Made by a program: the position numbers and the translations under genes
Notes under the pieces: generated by a model
Told to the model about the DNA's origin: nothing
Seen by the model: the letters and a program-made list of their open reading frames with translations, nothing else
Databases searched by the model: none
Assembly (NCBI GenBank): GCA_905178155.1
Contig: CAJINV010000005.1
Coordinates: forward strand, 4,940,256-5,004,255
Source: Amoebophrya sp. A120
Taxonomy: Eukaryota > Protista > Dinoflagellata
Reading direction: 5' to 3'
DNA length: 64,000 nt
Part shown: positions 1 through 12,100 of the stretch, in pieces
Position numbering within the stretch: the stretch's first letter is position 1
Layout of the letters: the number at the start of each line of letters is the position of its first letter

Positions 1-188
1 GGGGGAGCCTTGCATCTTCAGCATGATAGGAGGCAGCTGAGAGTGGGAAACAGCATGACAACTTGCCTGCAAACGAGACCACGACTGCGGCTCTTGGCCT
101 TCTAGCATGACAAGTCGATTTGGTACCTCAAATCCTGCATCACAGATTTCCATTTCGATATGGGGAGGGGGGATTTTTCCGTTGGATA
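1..188. mobile_element. Introner, family C (partial, right end only)
   Basis: Ends gatatggggaggggggatttttccgttggata; homologous to 2779-3089. Confidence 0.85.
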
Positions 189-3100
189 TTTCGTGTCCGA
201 CAACTTCGTGTGGAACTTAGACATCTACTGCGACGCCATATGGATTGTAAAAGTGTCTGGGTCTGGAAACTTGTGATGCTGGGTGGCGTATCATGAAAAG
301 GCCACAGATGCTGGCTCAGCACGACAAGCTTTTGAGCTTCTAGGTGTTGCCTATTCTGCATGACAAGCTGCGTTTCTGCATGGCAGCAGAATGGGGCTCT
401 TGGGAAACGGGCATAACAGATTTAAGAGTCATGCGAGACTAGCATGACAAATCTCGCAATCTTCCAGACCCAGACATTTTTGCATTCGATACGCCATGAA
501 GTTCTACGACTTCAACGACGCGGATAAAAACCTCGACGAGTGGTACCACATGGCGCTGATGTGGGACAAAGCGGCGCTGAAGCATAGAGTGTACGTATTC
601 CGAGTAAAAACATCCCCACTCCAGAGTTGTCATGCAAATTTGCATGCCAAAAAAGTTTCTCATGCGGAGCCCCATGAGAAGCTTTTTCTAGTCGTGTTTT
701 GGGATTTGTGATGCTAGAAATAGCATGATATGCTAGATCTGTGACGCTGCTGAACTAGCTAAACAGGATTACACGACGAGGACAAACTTGTCATGCGAGA
801 CAACCAAAGGTGGCCGATTTGTCTAGCAGATTTTCCACGTTGACTCTGGTATGGGGACGTTTTTACTCAGGATAGTACGTAAACGGTGTGATGATCAAGG
901 AGGGGACCACGGATAACGCGAATCTCCCCAACACTATCAAAGAAAAAAAGTTCGTCACGATCACTCATGCGCATTTTTGCAATGCAAAACTTTTTGTCAT
1001 GCGTAAAAATGCATCACAGCCAAACTTCATTAGGGATTTCCCTAGTATTTCTGCAATACAAGGAAAGTTTTTGATGCTGAGAAAATTTGTAATGCAAAAC
1101 CTGCAAGTTAGTGACTGTGACAAACTTGTTTCTCTCCATAAACACGGAAGTAGCGACAGGGAAGATCTGCCTGGGCGGCCGCGTGGATCTCTGCTGGGGG
1201 CAGGCGTCCGAGCGGTACCAGGGGGAGGTCGCCGGGTTTGCGGTCTACGCCGGGGCTCTAGGGGAGGCTGAAGTGATAAAACACATGGCCAGGACCGGGC
1301 CGCAGGGGCCGGTGCCTAGCTTTACGGAGCCGCCTTTTAAGGCGCAGATGCCGAAGGACACGACTGTGACGGTAGGCTACAAGCACACGAAGGAAAGTAT
1401 GTCTACCCGACCTTATGCAGAAGCCGAAACCATCCTCGGCCCTGCAACTTTTATCCGCACGACGCTCGCGGTTTCCCACGCGGACGGGCTGAAGAAGCTG
1501 GGAGCTTCTGTGATGTCCGAGAAGTTGGAAAACAGCTTCGAGAAGATTTTCCAAGAAAAAGCGGAATTGGTATTCGGATCAAATGTGAAAAAGCCCACCG
1601 AAAATTACCCGCCGCGGCTAAAGGGTATTTCCGTCGTGAAAACGACGGAAGCCGCTGCGAATTCCGAGCTTTTTTTGGAAGTAGTTCTCTCCTTCGCGGA
1701 TTGCACGCCGAGTGCGCTCGCGCGATTGCTGGTCCAACTATCGGACAATGCCGGTAATTCCGCCACAACGAGATCTGAGCTGGAGAAGAAGCTCACTTCC
1801 CTGTCCACTCCGAGCGGTTTCTCCGCGGTCCGGTTCTCCAACCGGGCGCAGGTCTTGCCGTCGTTCGACTACCCGGTGGCTTTTGATATCGAACTGGTCG
1901 GGATGGATAGTGGGAATAAAACTGAAGTGCTGAAACAGTTGGAAAACGGGGATAAGGAATTCGTCTTCGAGTCCGAGTGGCAATCCGCTTTTTCCGCCCT
2001 CCTCGGGCCGGCGGTGCGGCAGGCTTCTTTGACGAACAATTTTGATCTCGCCGTTGAGTCCGGTTTAATCGCCGCCACTGTCGCCACAAAGCGGTTTTTC
2101 CGGGGACCCACCACCACGACAACCACCACCACCGCGGGGTCGTCTCTCCGACTGCTGGGTGAAGAGGAAAGACGACAAATAGCAACCAGAAGATCTCTGT
2201 CCAGCAGCTCTGACGGCTCGAAGGAGGTTCTTAAAGTTTTCGTCACCGCCTCTCTGCCCGGTACCGAGGATCTCATCGGTTCTGGAACAATTTCCGTTCT
2301 GCAAGACCAAATCTTTTCCGCCGCAGCGAAGATCGTGCAGACGGTGAGCAAAAAATCCTCAGAAAACGTGAAAATCGTCCAGAACTCCGTGGATGTCGAA
2401 ACGGTGCACACCAAATACGCCCCCGGCGCGAAGACACAAAAGCAGACGGCCACGTTTTTGACAAGTCTGACGTTGAATCACGCGGAGGACAAGTTGTCCG
2501 CTTTGGATTTCAAATTCGGCTTGGCGAAGGGGTTGATTGCGGGAGGAAGTACCTCTTCCACGAAGGACTACCTAGCGTTGAACAACCTCCACGGCAAAGC
2601 CTTCCACGGCCAGTCCGGCGAGTCTTTTGGTGTTTCCCTCCTCGGCACTTCCGATAGTCTCAATTTCGGGGCGATTTCTGCTGGAGATTATCTCCAACCG
2701 CCAACCGGTAGTTCAGCCACCTGGGCGGCTGCGAGCGCGATTCCGTTCCTTGCCGTGTTCCCGCAGGTGGAGAAATCCTATTACAATGAAAAATGCCCCC
2801 TCCCCATATCAAAACGGAAATCTGTGATGCAGATTTGTGGTCACAAATCAGCTCTGTGATGCCAGAAGGGAAGAGATGCGTATTGTAGTGCTGGCTGGCG
2901 CAGGAACGCCTTGCGTCTTCAGCATGACAGGAGGCAACTGGAAATGGGAAATAGCATGACAAATTGCCTCCAAACGAGGGAGCAACTGCGTCTCTTGGCC
3001 TTCTAGCAATGCAAGTCGATTTGTGTACTCAAATACAGCAATACAAATTTCGTTTTTGATATGGGGTGGGGGGATTTTTCCTTTTGATAAATCCACTGGG

Positions 3101-6100
3101 TTGGTCAGGACGGCGAAATTTGACTCGAATTTGGCGTATGACAGTTCCTATGGATTGCAAAAATGTCTGGGTCTGGAAGAATGGCAGGTCTGTCATGCTC
3201 TGCTAGCATGACTCCAAAGTCTGTCATGCTCGTTACCCAAAAGCCCCACTTTTCTGTCATGCTGAAACGCGGTTTGTCATGCAGAATACGTAACACCTAG
3301 CAAGTCAGAAACTTGTCATGCTGAGCCGTCACTTGTGCCGTCCTCAGGATTCGCCAACCAGCATTACAAGTTTCCAGACCCAGACACTTTTGCACTTGAT
3401 AGTTCCTCCATCGTGAGTTATGATTCGAAGTTAACGACATTCCTGATTTCCGACGGGATTTTCGGCAGTGCGAAAACGAACGGCGGGATTTCCATGTGCG
3501 ACATCGGCTGCTCGGATGCTTCGACGGATTTCTGCTACGACAAACTCGTCAGCGACGTGGAGAAGGGGACTGTTTCGAGTTCGGACTCCACTAAAACGTC
3601 TTCTGCTGGGGAGAAGTATTTGAGGAAAACCAGTTACAGTGTTGCTGAGTGCGGTCGGACGGCTGTGTTGTTTCAATCTTCGTTTCCAAACGATGTGAAC
3701 GCAGCGAAAGCGGGGAATTTAGAAGACTGTTTAACTTACTGCGATACGCTTGGCCGTGTGAATTGCGCGGGGGTGAAGTTCTTTACTTCCTCGGGGACAA
3801 AGAAGTGCTTTTTACAGAAGTTCTCGTCCAAGGATTTTTTCAGCCGCGCGAAGGTTTTGTCTTCTGCCCCGACCTGCGGATCCGATGTCGCGTGTTTCGA
3901 GAAGCAAACGACGGGGGAGAATGAACCACTGTACACGGAAATGTTGAACCCGGCAACAGTTCCGGCCAAGAAGGGGCTGTGCGCAACAGGGAGCCATACA
4001 AATTTTCGTCTGCTGCCGGACCTCCGCGGTAGGGTTAAGGGGAACAAGTACAATTGTATGGAGCTCTATGCAATACAAATTTCCCCGTACATGTACAACA
4101 TGCATCACAAATTTCACCAATTTGGAGCGTAAAACTTGTCATGCTAAACTAGGATCAAAGCCATGTTTTGTCATGCAGAGACCGCATCTGTACGTGTGCG
4201 GGAAATTTACTGTGCATAAGCTCTGCACAGAGTACGGTCCGGATTGCGTTGGCGTCGCGGGTGTTCAGTTTAACAACGGCAATGACGGAATGGAGGCGGA
4301 CGGGACCGTGTTTTGTGAGCTGGAACTCCGCACCGTCGCCAACCTGGATGACAAATACCTTTCCTGGGGCTTCACCCTGAACGATTCGGGTTTTTCTACC
4401 TCGGAACCCGCGGCGGCTCTCAACACCGTGCAGCCTCGGACGGAACCGGCTGAGTGCTGGAAAAAGACGGCGACTGCAACGACGACGAACGGCCCTTTCG
4501 CCTCCTTGTCGAAGTTGTATGAGCAGAAGATCTCCGTTTTGAAACAGCAAGCGCAGAAGGCTGTCATGCCGTTTTTGACTATGGACGCGAAGGATCTACC
4601 CCACCCGTTGCTCGGCCAGAAACTAAACCTCGCGAGTACCCCATTGGACACGTTCACGAATAGAATCGTCACTGCGTCCTCGAACTTCAGTCCGGGAACG
4701 TACTACCAATTCTTGGGGTACGGAAACGCAAAATCCTCTTCGAATGGTTTGGTTGTCTCCGGTTCTCGCAAGTTCTACACGACTTATCAAATGCAAAAGT
4801 GTCTGGGTCTGGAAGGATGCGAACTTGTGATGCGTGTTGCGGATCATACAAAAATCTGTGTTGCATGACTTGCTAAAGTTCCCCATTTCTAGCCATGCCG
4901 GGGGGGGGGGTATTTCTCATGCAGAATAGGCATCACCAAGCGGCTGCAGAACCTGTGATGCTAGGCCCTGCATTACAGACTTGGTGGAGCTTGGAAAAAA
5001 TGCATGACAGATACCGGAATTTTCCAGACCCAGACATTTTTGCATTTGATACGACTGGGAATGGTGCGATCGCGCGGAGTGACAACGGGGTGATGGAGTA
5101 CGAGTTGATTTACAAAAATTGCTTCAACTACTGCGACTACCTCGGAAAACATTGTCACGCGCTCTCGATTCAGGTTGATTTAACCGACGGGAGTACCGGG
5201 AAGTACCAGTGCTTTGTCATGCTGGCCTCCCAGCCGGCTGCTACTCTTCTTCCGACCGCGCCGGCCAACACGGTGACAACCACGACAACCACGACGTATC
5301 AAAATGAAAAATCCCTTGTCCCCATATTGAAAAGGAAATTTCTGTTGCTGGATTTGTGTACACAAATCAGCTCTGTCTTGCAGTGGGGTGCTGCAGGCAA
5401 AGCCTCAGCCTGCTGCGTAGGGGTGTTTTGATGTAGGTGCTTAGCATAAAAGCAGAGGCCTGCCGTATAGGCGCAGCAGCATAATTACAAACCGCCTCCA
5501 TAAAGCGGCGCACTCTTTGGATTTGCCCTCTTGCAAGAGAGACAGGATTTGTGGCCACAAATCAGCGTCGCAAATCTTTAGAAGCGTGCCCTTTCAACAG
5601 TATGGGGAGGGGGGATTTTTCCTCACAATACCACGGCTTTTTCCTTCCCAACCATCTCTGTCACACGAGAGCCGGACACCGTGGACTGGTACGACGCCAT
5701 GGCGTTTTTGCCGGATAACGTCGGCTATGAAATGCAAAAATGTCTGGGTCTGGAAACTTGTGATGCTAAAATGTGGATGATGGAAACAGTTCCGAATGCA
5801 ACCCAGCATGACAACTTTCCAGAATGCTTTCTCATAGTCAATCCGCATGAGAAACTGCGTTATTGCATGTACAAAAGAGGCTGCGACTTGTGTTGGTTAT
5901 GCAATACAGGTTTCCTAGCTAAGGAAAGCAAGCATTACAAGTTCCAATCTTCCAGACCCAGACATGTTTGCAATCCATATCGGCGGGTTTTACGGCGGCG
6001 TTTGTTCGGACAGCAGCACGGAGGACATATCCTGTGTGAAAACGTCCCCACCCCTACAGAGTTGTCATGCAGATTTGCGATGACAGGAAGATTTGTAATG

Positions 6101-9100
6101 CGCATGTCCATGCCATGCATCACTAATCGCGTTTTGGAATTGGTGATGCTGTAAACAGGATAAGCAGATGGATTTGTGATGCGATTGTCCTTGCTAACAT
6201 GCACTACACTACGGAGTGCAACTTGTCATGCGTGGCTCCCAAAACTTCTGGATTTGTGTTGCTAAGGTCCCAACTTGACTTTTGATGGGATGGGGACGTT
6301 TTTACATATGATAGGACAAGGCAACTGTCTACGACAAAATCTGCGATGAGGCGGATAGCTCTATCGCGGACTGCGACAGTACTACGCACGACTGCTGGGA
6401 GAAGCCGGATACACTCGCTTCCGATCTACTCCCCAGGGACGTTTTGAACGAAATCGTGCAGAATCCGGACTACACGAACAACGGCCGGGGCGCCGGCGAC
6501 AAGTACGAGCCGCATCAGTACAAGCGCATGAATCTCGGCAGTCCGGATTTCGTCTACGAATTTGTGCGGCTCGGGATCTGCGGGACAGCAAACTACGGCC
6601 AGTACAACAGCGGGACAACGATTGTGCCGGACTATTTGTGCAATGAACCGAACGGGGGGCTAGACACAAAGCTAGGCGTAGGGACGTACGACAAGGTGCA
6701 AAAACGGCAATACATCATCCGCCAGTGCGACAAGTTTGTGAAAACAAACAGCTACTGCGCCGGGGTGACCTGGAACCAGGAACCCGACATGACGCACGCG
6801 AGTCCCGGGTACGCTAGGCCCTACGGCAGCATGGAGCGCAACATGAACGCCATGGCCATGCCCGGTTGCTTTCCGAGGAGTGGGGGCGGCTGGAGTGCGC
6901 CGGTCGGGGATATCACCGGTGTGCGGAGTAGCGGCACCTCCGGCAACGTGGACGGCGGCGGGAACGTGTGCTGGCGCCACAAACCCGTGCCTTATTCCCC
7001 GACGTTGTCGAAATTCGGCCACTGGTACAGTAGGTTTGGGACCAACAAAGCCGGGTCTGGGTTTTGTACCGCACAGAATGCGAACCCGAACAGTGGATCT
7101 GTGGTGAAAATCGCAGAAAAAATTACGCTTGGCGAGTGTTTCAACTTGTGTGATGCGATGGGCGCGGATTGCAAGGGAATTTCGATGGACAAGAGAACGA
7201 AATACAGTCACACGTACCAGGGACAAACCTGGTCGGCCCGCGAAGATTCGGACGAAAAAAGGGATTGTTATTTGAAGTTCAATGGGAAGACTTGCCAACA
7301 ATTGAAGCAATCTAACACCGGTCCGAAAAACGAAAAAATCACCTGCGATAACCTCCCGGCTGGAATATGAACTGCAAAAGTATCGCACTCGTATAAATGC
7401 ATTACAAATCTTCTCAGCATGAGAAATAAAATTTGTAATGCTGATTTGCCTTGACAATGAAACTTGTAATGCAAGACCAGCATTTATACGAGTGCGATAC
7501 TTTTGCACAGGATATGGAACCCCGCCGATCAATTGTCCGCTCGGTTGGCATATCAAATGCAAAAGTGTCTGGGTCTGGAAGAATGCAACTTGTAATGCGT
7601 ATTTCAGAACACAGAAAAGTCTCTCATGCATACGTAGCAAAAGCTCCCACTTTTTGTCAGCAGAGTAGGGGACTTGTCATGCGGATTCGGCATTCCGGAA
7701 GGTTCTCGAAACCTGTGATGCTAGAGCTTCCATGCCAGACCTTCTGTGTCATGCAAAAACAGCATGACTCTTCCAGACCCAGACATTTTTACATTTGATA
7801 TGGCAGAAGAGAAAGGACCCCAACTTTTTGTGCCCAGGTCGGTACGGGTGCTCCGCGAGTACGTGTTGCGAGGAGTCGACTTGTGCGAATAACAACGGCG
7901 GAAAAGTCGCGTCTGCTAGTGGTTTCGATTGCGCGTTCCACGGGGCGACGGCGCTATGCGGGGTAGATCCGAAAACCATCCGGTGTGGGAGAAACGGGGA
8001 GGGTTGTACGGTGCAGGACTGCTGTTCTACTGTGGCCACTGTATTCTGTGTAAAAACATCCCCACCCCAGAGTTGTCATGCAATTCTGCATGCCAAAAAA
8101 GTTTCTGATGCGGAGCCCCATGAGAAGCATTTTCTACCCGTGTTTTGGAATTTCAATTTGTGATGCTATAATCAGCATGATGTGCTAGATTTGTGATGCT
8201 GCTGAACTACCTCAACAGGATAAGGATTACACTACGATGAGAAACTTGTCATGCGAGACAACGAAAGCTGCCTGGCTGATTTGTCTAGCAGCTTTCCCAT
8301 CTTGACTATGGGGTCGTGAGGACGTTTTCACTCAGGATAAGACCAATGCGGTAATTACGGGTGGGAGCTCGACTGCCCGGGCAGTGGCGGACAAGACTGC
8401 ACGAAAAATTTTGGTGAAATTGCCCAGGCGGCGGCATTATGGATTGCAAAAATGTCTGGGTCTGGAAGGATCCAACTTGTGATGCTGTCTTTGGATTCTA
8501 AAAAAATCTGCATTGCATGACCAGCAAGAGGAGGGGGAGGCCAGTTTGTGTTACATGGAGAGGGTATTTCTCATGCGGAATAGGCATCACAAAGCCCTCT
8601 AAAAATCTGTGATGCTAGGCCATGCGTTACAGGCTTCGTGGCTGATGCAGAATATGCATGACAAACCTTCCATTCTTCCAGATCCAGACATATTTGCAAT
8701 GCATAGGCAGGAGGGCAGGAAGTGGTGTTCGTGAAGAGGAATGTGTTTGGCGATCAATTGTGGGATAGCGGTTACATCGCGGATTTCTACAAGAGTTCAA
8801 CCCAGTTGACCTCCAAAGCAGAATCCACCAAATACGGCGCAAGTAGATCAATCATCTCCCTCGGGACGCACTATGCCGTCACGAAAGATGAGTGTGCGGA
8901 CGCGTGCAACCAGTTTGGGGACTCCTGCGACGGCTTCATGCGGTTTCCGAAGGACAGTGCGGATACGACGAAAGCGACCTGCGCGCTGCAGCTCCTGCAA
9001 CCCAGGCCGTTGCACTGCGCGTTCGATTTCGGGAATTCTGCGAATTCGCCTTCAATAACCTCCGTTCCCGCCGCGGCTGATGTGGCAGATGGGGAGGCGA

Positions 9101-12100
9101 AAATCATCGCCGCATTGGCGAACGCGGCGAGCAACAACTTCGGGAGTGCGGTTAGTATCGCGAATAGCGATTTCAACTGCTGGGTCCGGACGAAGAGGGA
9201 GATGAGTCCCTACTATTTGATCCCGGGTAAAACGATCGGGATGGAATCTGTTTCGAGTACTTCGACTTACGACGACGTCATGCGGTACCACGGGGTGACG
9301 CGGGGAATTTGGCCGGTCCCATCCCACGTCTACCACATCTCGAAGTTGAACCCAACGACGCATTTCTACACGCCGATTGGAGGCACAACCGGCGGGTCTT
9401 GCGTCGGCGGGTTGGGAAAGCACGTGAAATCCGCGTTCGCGACTGTCTCCGGACAGACTCCTTCTAGTCAAGACAGCTACGCGCCGATTCAAGGTTGCTT
9501 CGACGCTTGTGACGCGATTGCGGAGTGTCGAGGGGTGTCTGTGTTAGTCGCCGGGACGTATTACGAGACCGGGAGTACCACGATCAACACGGCTGACCGG
9601 GATGTTTCTTGCGAGTTGCATTTAACGTCCTGCGCGAGCTTGTTCGACAGCACGTGGTCGGACGCCTGTACGACCACTACCACCACCACAACCTCCACGA
9701 GCTCGACCACTACTACTTCCTCCACGACGAGCTCGACTACGACTAGTTCGACCACGACAGAAACCACGACTTCGACGGTAACCACGACCACCGTGACCAC
9801 CACCACCGTGACTACAACGTCGACCGTGACCACGACCGTGGCCGACGGCGGGGGCCGGCGGAGTCTCATCGCAGCAGGAAGTTCTACTTCCACCACGCGA
9901 ACGCTCAGTGAAGCGCAAGCCAGATCTCTCGCTGGTGAAGACGCGGATGCGGTGTTCACGGTCGATAGTAGCAGAACCGGCGGGGAGTGGCAGTGCTGGC
10001 AGAAGCGGAACTTTGACAAAGTGATTTCCGGCGACTTCGGGGATTTGGCGCCAGCAGGCGGGTTGATCAGTAAAACGACCGTCGGGACCTGGTTTGCAAA
10101 GGCGGAGAAAGAAAGCTCGCAAAACACATGCTTAAACAAAGCGTTAAACGCGAATAAAGATGCGATTCTGGACTCCCCGACTGGAAACGCCGGTACCGGG
10201 GAACGGCGCGCTCTACTAATCGGGAACAGCGAGTCCGGGGGTGCGCAGCGCTGCGCGGCTTTATGTGCGGACCACAAGGACTGCGTGTTATGGATTGCAA
10301 GTATGTCTGGGTCTGGAAGAATGCAAGATTTGTCATGCTTGTCTGGCATGACTGTTATCTCTGTGATGCTTAGGCGCAAAAAGATCTTCTTGCCTGTCGT
10401 GCAAAAATGGAGGCTGCTATGCGGAATACGCATCACGCAGGTGCTCAAAAACTTGTCATGCTTGATCACCTATTGCGGTGAGCTCATTATTCACAAACTT
10501 GCATCACAAGTTTCCAGACCCAGACATATTTGCATGTGATACGTGTCTATTGTGTCCGATGTGAAGGGCGCGGAGAAGTTCTGCGTGCTGATCTTGGATA
10601 TCTCGACTCCCTCAATTCCGAGTGCCAAGCAGGCGACTTGCTCGAGTTCGATCGAAGTGTTGAACACCGTGATCGCGGAGACCGGCGTGCAGTATAAGGA
10701 TTCCAGTACTACTACCGTGTTGCCAACATCGGTGAAAAAGTACACACTGTACAACGCGCCAGCAAGCTCTTTAGCCTCCGACAAACCCTTGACGACAACG
10801 GGCGGGTTTTTGGAGACGGTCGGATCTGCGGTTTCCTCCGTTACCTTCGACTTTACTGCCGAGTGGACGAATCTGAACAACGCGATGGCGGAAACGAGCT
10901 TTATCACGAAGGCTGTGAGCGCTTTGTCGTTTTTCCTCAAGCAAAACGTGCAAAGTACTTACACCTTCGCAACCCCGACGTTAGCCATGCCGACGTTGAG
11001 CATGGATACGTCCCTCGGAACGGTTCGGAATGATGCGAACATGATCAACTCTTTATCAAATTTGTTCGTCTCCGACCGGTACCCGGTGGCGAAGGTCTAC
11101 GCTTTGCAGCAGTTGGACGGGAACAAATTGAACACTGTGGTTTCCTTGAAAATCCAAATCGGGTTTGACAGTGCGGATATTGCGTTGTGGAACGAGATTC
11201 GGGGTTCTTCCATGGATAGTGGATCTTCCGCTCCAGGCGCCACGAAATTTGCCAAGTTATTGGAAACCTTCCGTCTTGCCTTAGAGTCGACTTTGGATTC
11301 CGCGATCTCGGGGAAAACCATTGTCCTCGGGGGGCCAGACTTGGTGTCCGGGTTTTTCAATTCGAATAGTGAAATAACCGTGAGTTTCCCCGTGTCTGCT
11401 GGTTCGGAATCAGTTTCGGATAACCAGATCGTGACGAAAGTTCTTGAAACTTTGACGAACTGCGACAATGGATCCACTTTCTTGAAGACCATATGCATTG
11501 CAAATGTGTCTGAGTCTGGAAACTTGTGATGCAAGGAAGGGAATAGTTTGCATATTGGACTGCGCTGCCAAGCATGACAAGTTTTTCCGTTGTTCTCAGT
11601 TGCGCATTCCGCATGAGAAACTCCATTTTTTCATGACAGTCAAGAGGAGCTCTTCGAGGCCACGCAATACAGAGCTTAGAGTCATGCCAGACTGGCATGA
11701 CAAATATCGCACTCTTCTGGACCCAGACATTTTTGCATTTGATAAACCACCGTGAAAAACCAGTGGCAAACCAATATCGCAGCGGTTTCGGACATCGCGG
11801 GCTTGACGCTATCCTGAGCAAAAACATCCCCACGCCAGAGTTGTCATGCGAATCTGCATGCCTAAAATTTCTCTCTTGCGGAGCCCCATCAGACGCATTC
11901 TCCAGTGGTGTGGTGAAATTTTTGTATCTCGAATCAGCATGAAGAGCTAGGTTTGTGATGCTGCTGCACTAGCTAAACGGGACCCTATTGCGAGCCCAAA
12001 CTTGTCATGCGCAGCAGAAAAAGCTTGTTGATTTGTCTTGCAGATTTCCCTTCTTCACTATGGGTTGGGGAAGTTTTTGCACAGGATAGACGCTCACTTC

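Larger units (their letters stand above)
190..1290 (+). other. LamG/concanavalin-A-like (pentraxin-like) domain, copy 1, interrupted by introners
   Basis: Spliced translation FVSDNFVWNLDIYCDAMKFYDFNDADKNLDEWYHMALMWD..HRVYVNGVMIKEG..KICLGG..YQGEVAGFAVYAGAL. The WxHxAxxWD..xYVNG..IGG..F/YxGxI..xYxxAL pattern is typical of Laminin_G_3. Confidence 0.75.
3700..10600 (+). other. Cluster of PAN/apple-like modules (C-x3-C-x(4-6)-C...C)
   Basis: e.g. LEDCLTYCDTLGRVNCAGVKF..KCFL, LGECFNLCDAMGADCKGIS..DCYLK, KDECADACNQFGDSCDGFM..TCAL, QGCFDACDAIAECRGVS..SCEL, QRCAALCADHKDCVSIV..FCVL. Confidence 0.7.

Noticed and set aside
8041-8341. Canonical GT-AG intron coinciding with an introner
   Set aside because: Using it shifts the frame and reaches TGA shortly after the next element (about 8732).
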